A stretch of 64,000 nt of DNA from Octopus sinensis (taxonomy: Eukaryota). Below the pieces are notes generated by a model that saw nothing but the letters and a program-made list of their open reading frames with translations, was not told the DNA's origin and searched no databases. Made by a program: the position numbers and the translations under genes. The stretch lies in the NCBI RefSeq assembly GCF_006345805.1, contig NC_043003.1:48050001-48114000 (forward strand), read 5' to 3'. Below are positions 62,302-64,000 of this stretch, one piece after another; the first letter of the stretch is position 1, and each line of letters opens with the position of its first letter.

Positions 62302-64000
62302 TCATCATCATCATCATCATCATCGTTTAACATCCGTTTTCCGCGCTAGCATGACACATACACAAAATGGGGGTGAAATATATATATATAAAAATACAAA
62401 AGCGTGTGTTTGTGGTGGGGAAGAAGCACAACAACAAACAAACACACATACATACATACATACACGCACATATATTTATACATACATACATTTTTCCGTT
62501 TGAAAATGGCTATTTGAAGCTTGAAAAGCATATCAGAGTAACTCACTGAAAACATTATTATTAAGATTAAAATAAAAATTATCCACCACTCCCCAAAAAG
62601 CCATCACTATTCATTTTTTCAAATTTATATATATATATAAGCACATACACACACACACATATGTTGTTAAATATATTGAGTTTTAAACAAGTGCTTACTT
62701 GTCATACCTTCTAAAAGCACATAAAAAAGAATTTACATAAAAATTCAGATATATATATATCTCAAAAGAGACCGATTGAAGACTACTGGTCAAATGACCT
62801 TACCTAAATTAACTCTCCCACTCCCTTATCTTTTTATTCCTTTTATTCTTTTCTATTTTCTTTTTTATATTCTTAATTTCTCTCCACATTTATATTCTCC
62901 ACTCTTACTGTGCTCTCTACATATTTTGATCGAATCTTCTGCCTGTTAACAAGTACCTCCTTGCAACCATGTATACTTTCATTTAATCAAGACACCCTTG
63001 GCCTGACAAGCAGACTGCGGTATACATCTTGCTTGAATATTTACCACTTCTGAGGTTCCACTTATCAACTTATCAACTGCATTTCCTTAACTCTTGCATT
63101 CTTATTTGCATACTCAGCAACCCTAGTTGCCTACTGGGAATTATAAAAAGAATTTTTTTCAGCTTATTGTACTTCAATATGAAAAAATCACAACCTTCCG
63201 CCTCAATAAATCACTATTATTCCTAAAAGTTATTTTTCATATCTACTATGGATTGCTTGAAGCTAACTTTCTTCCTACACCTTGATCCTGGGATCTTACA
63301 TGTATATATATACTAGACTACTAATGACCTGTTGTGTCACCAGGAAAGTCTGAGTTTTGTTTTGTGGGTTCTTTTTTTCTTTTTCAGGTTATTTTGCATG
63401 CTTAAAACGAATGTGACATAGAAATCACACATCAGTGGCTCCTTTACACAGAAAAGGAAAGATTTGGCAGCTATTTCTTGCACACCTTGCTACTATATAA
63501 TGGGTATTTCAAGTCCATTATCGCAAATAGCGGTTACGTGGTAACAGGGCATGCTAGAAATAGCAACCAAATCTTTCGAAATGAGATACATTGACTGTAT
63601 TAAAAAAAAACCTATGGAAAAAAATTTCACACCAAGTTTACGAAAATTATCGTAACGGTATTCATTTGAAAATAAATTCAAAAGATATTAAAATATTGTC
63701 TGTTGAAAGAAAGCTAAAATATAAAAACTTATTGTACAAACAACTTACATTTTTGAAATCACATTTACTTAAAAATATTTCTCAATGATTAAAATATTGT
63801 GCTTAACAAAAGTGAAAATAGAAACATTTACTGTAAAAAATTTGTATTGTTTCGTTGTCAAGTCAGTCTAACTGAAAGATAAGAATCACTTCCTTTTCAG
63901 GATTAAGTTAATTTCAGAGACCTTTCCCTTTATGCACAGTTTTGGGTATTTATACCCTGAAAACCCTTAATATTTTTACAACCACTTATCTGATTTATGT

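Overview
AT-rich, microsatellite-laden eukaryotic DNA. The SINE/RTE families and repeat load look most like an octopus (coleoid cephalopod) genome; that assignment is inference. Almost all recognisable sequence is transposon-derived. The two largest elements are a full-length Tx1/L1-group LINE (42152-47417, 16-bp TSD) inserted into a ~600-bp tandem repeat, and an adjacent near-intact RTE LINE (48361-52310) whose single long ORF has one frameshift and a PHD finger inside the RT region. There are many 5'-truncated RTE 3' ends, tRNA-derived SINEs, mariner/Tc1/pogo/piggyBac remnants and MITEs, Helentron-like elements, and CR1-like and R4/Dong-like LINE remnants. Local rearrangements are frequent: a ~3-3.6 kb tandem duplication, a ~4 kb inverted segmental duplication, and several short inverted or templated copies. 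No host gene could be named; a few candidate exons are given at low confidence. Top leads: a possibly target-specific Tx1 family, a structured and possibly HDV-like ribozyme array in the RTE 3' UTR, rRNA-like motifs in the 600-bp repeat, and a bipartite non-autonomous RTE derivative. All alignments and identities were judged by eye and many boundaries are approximate.
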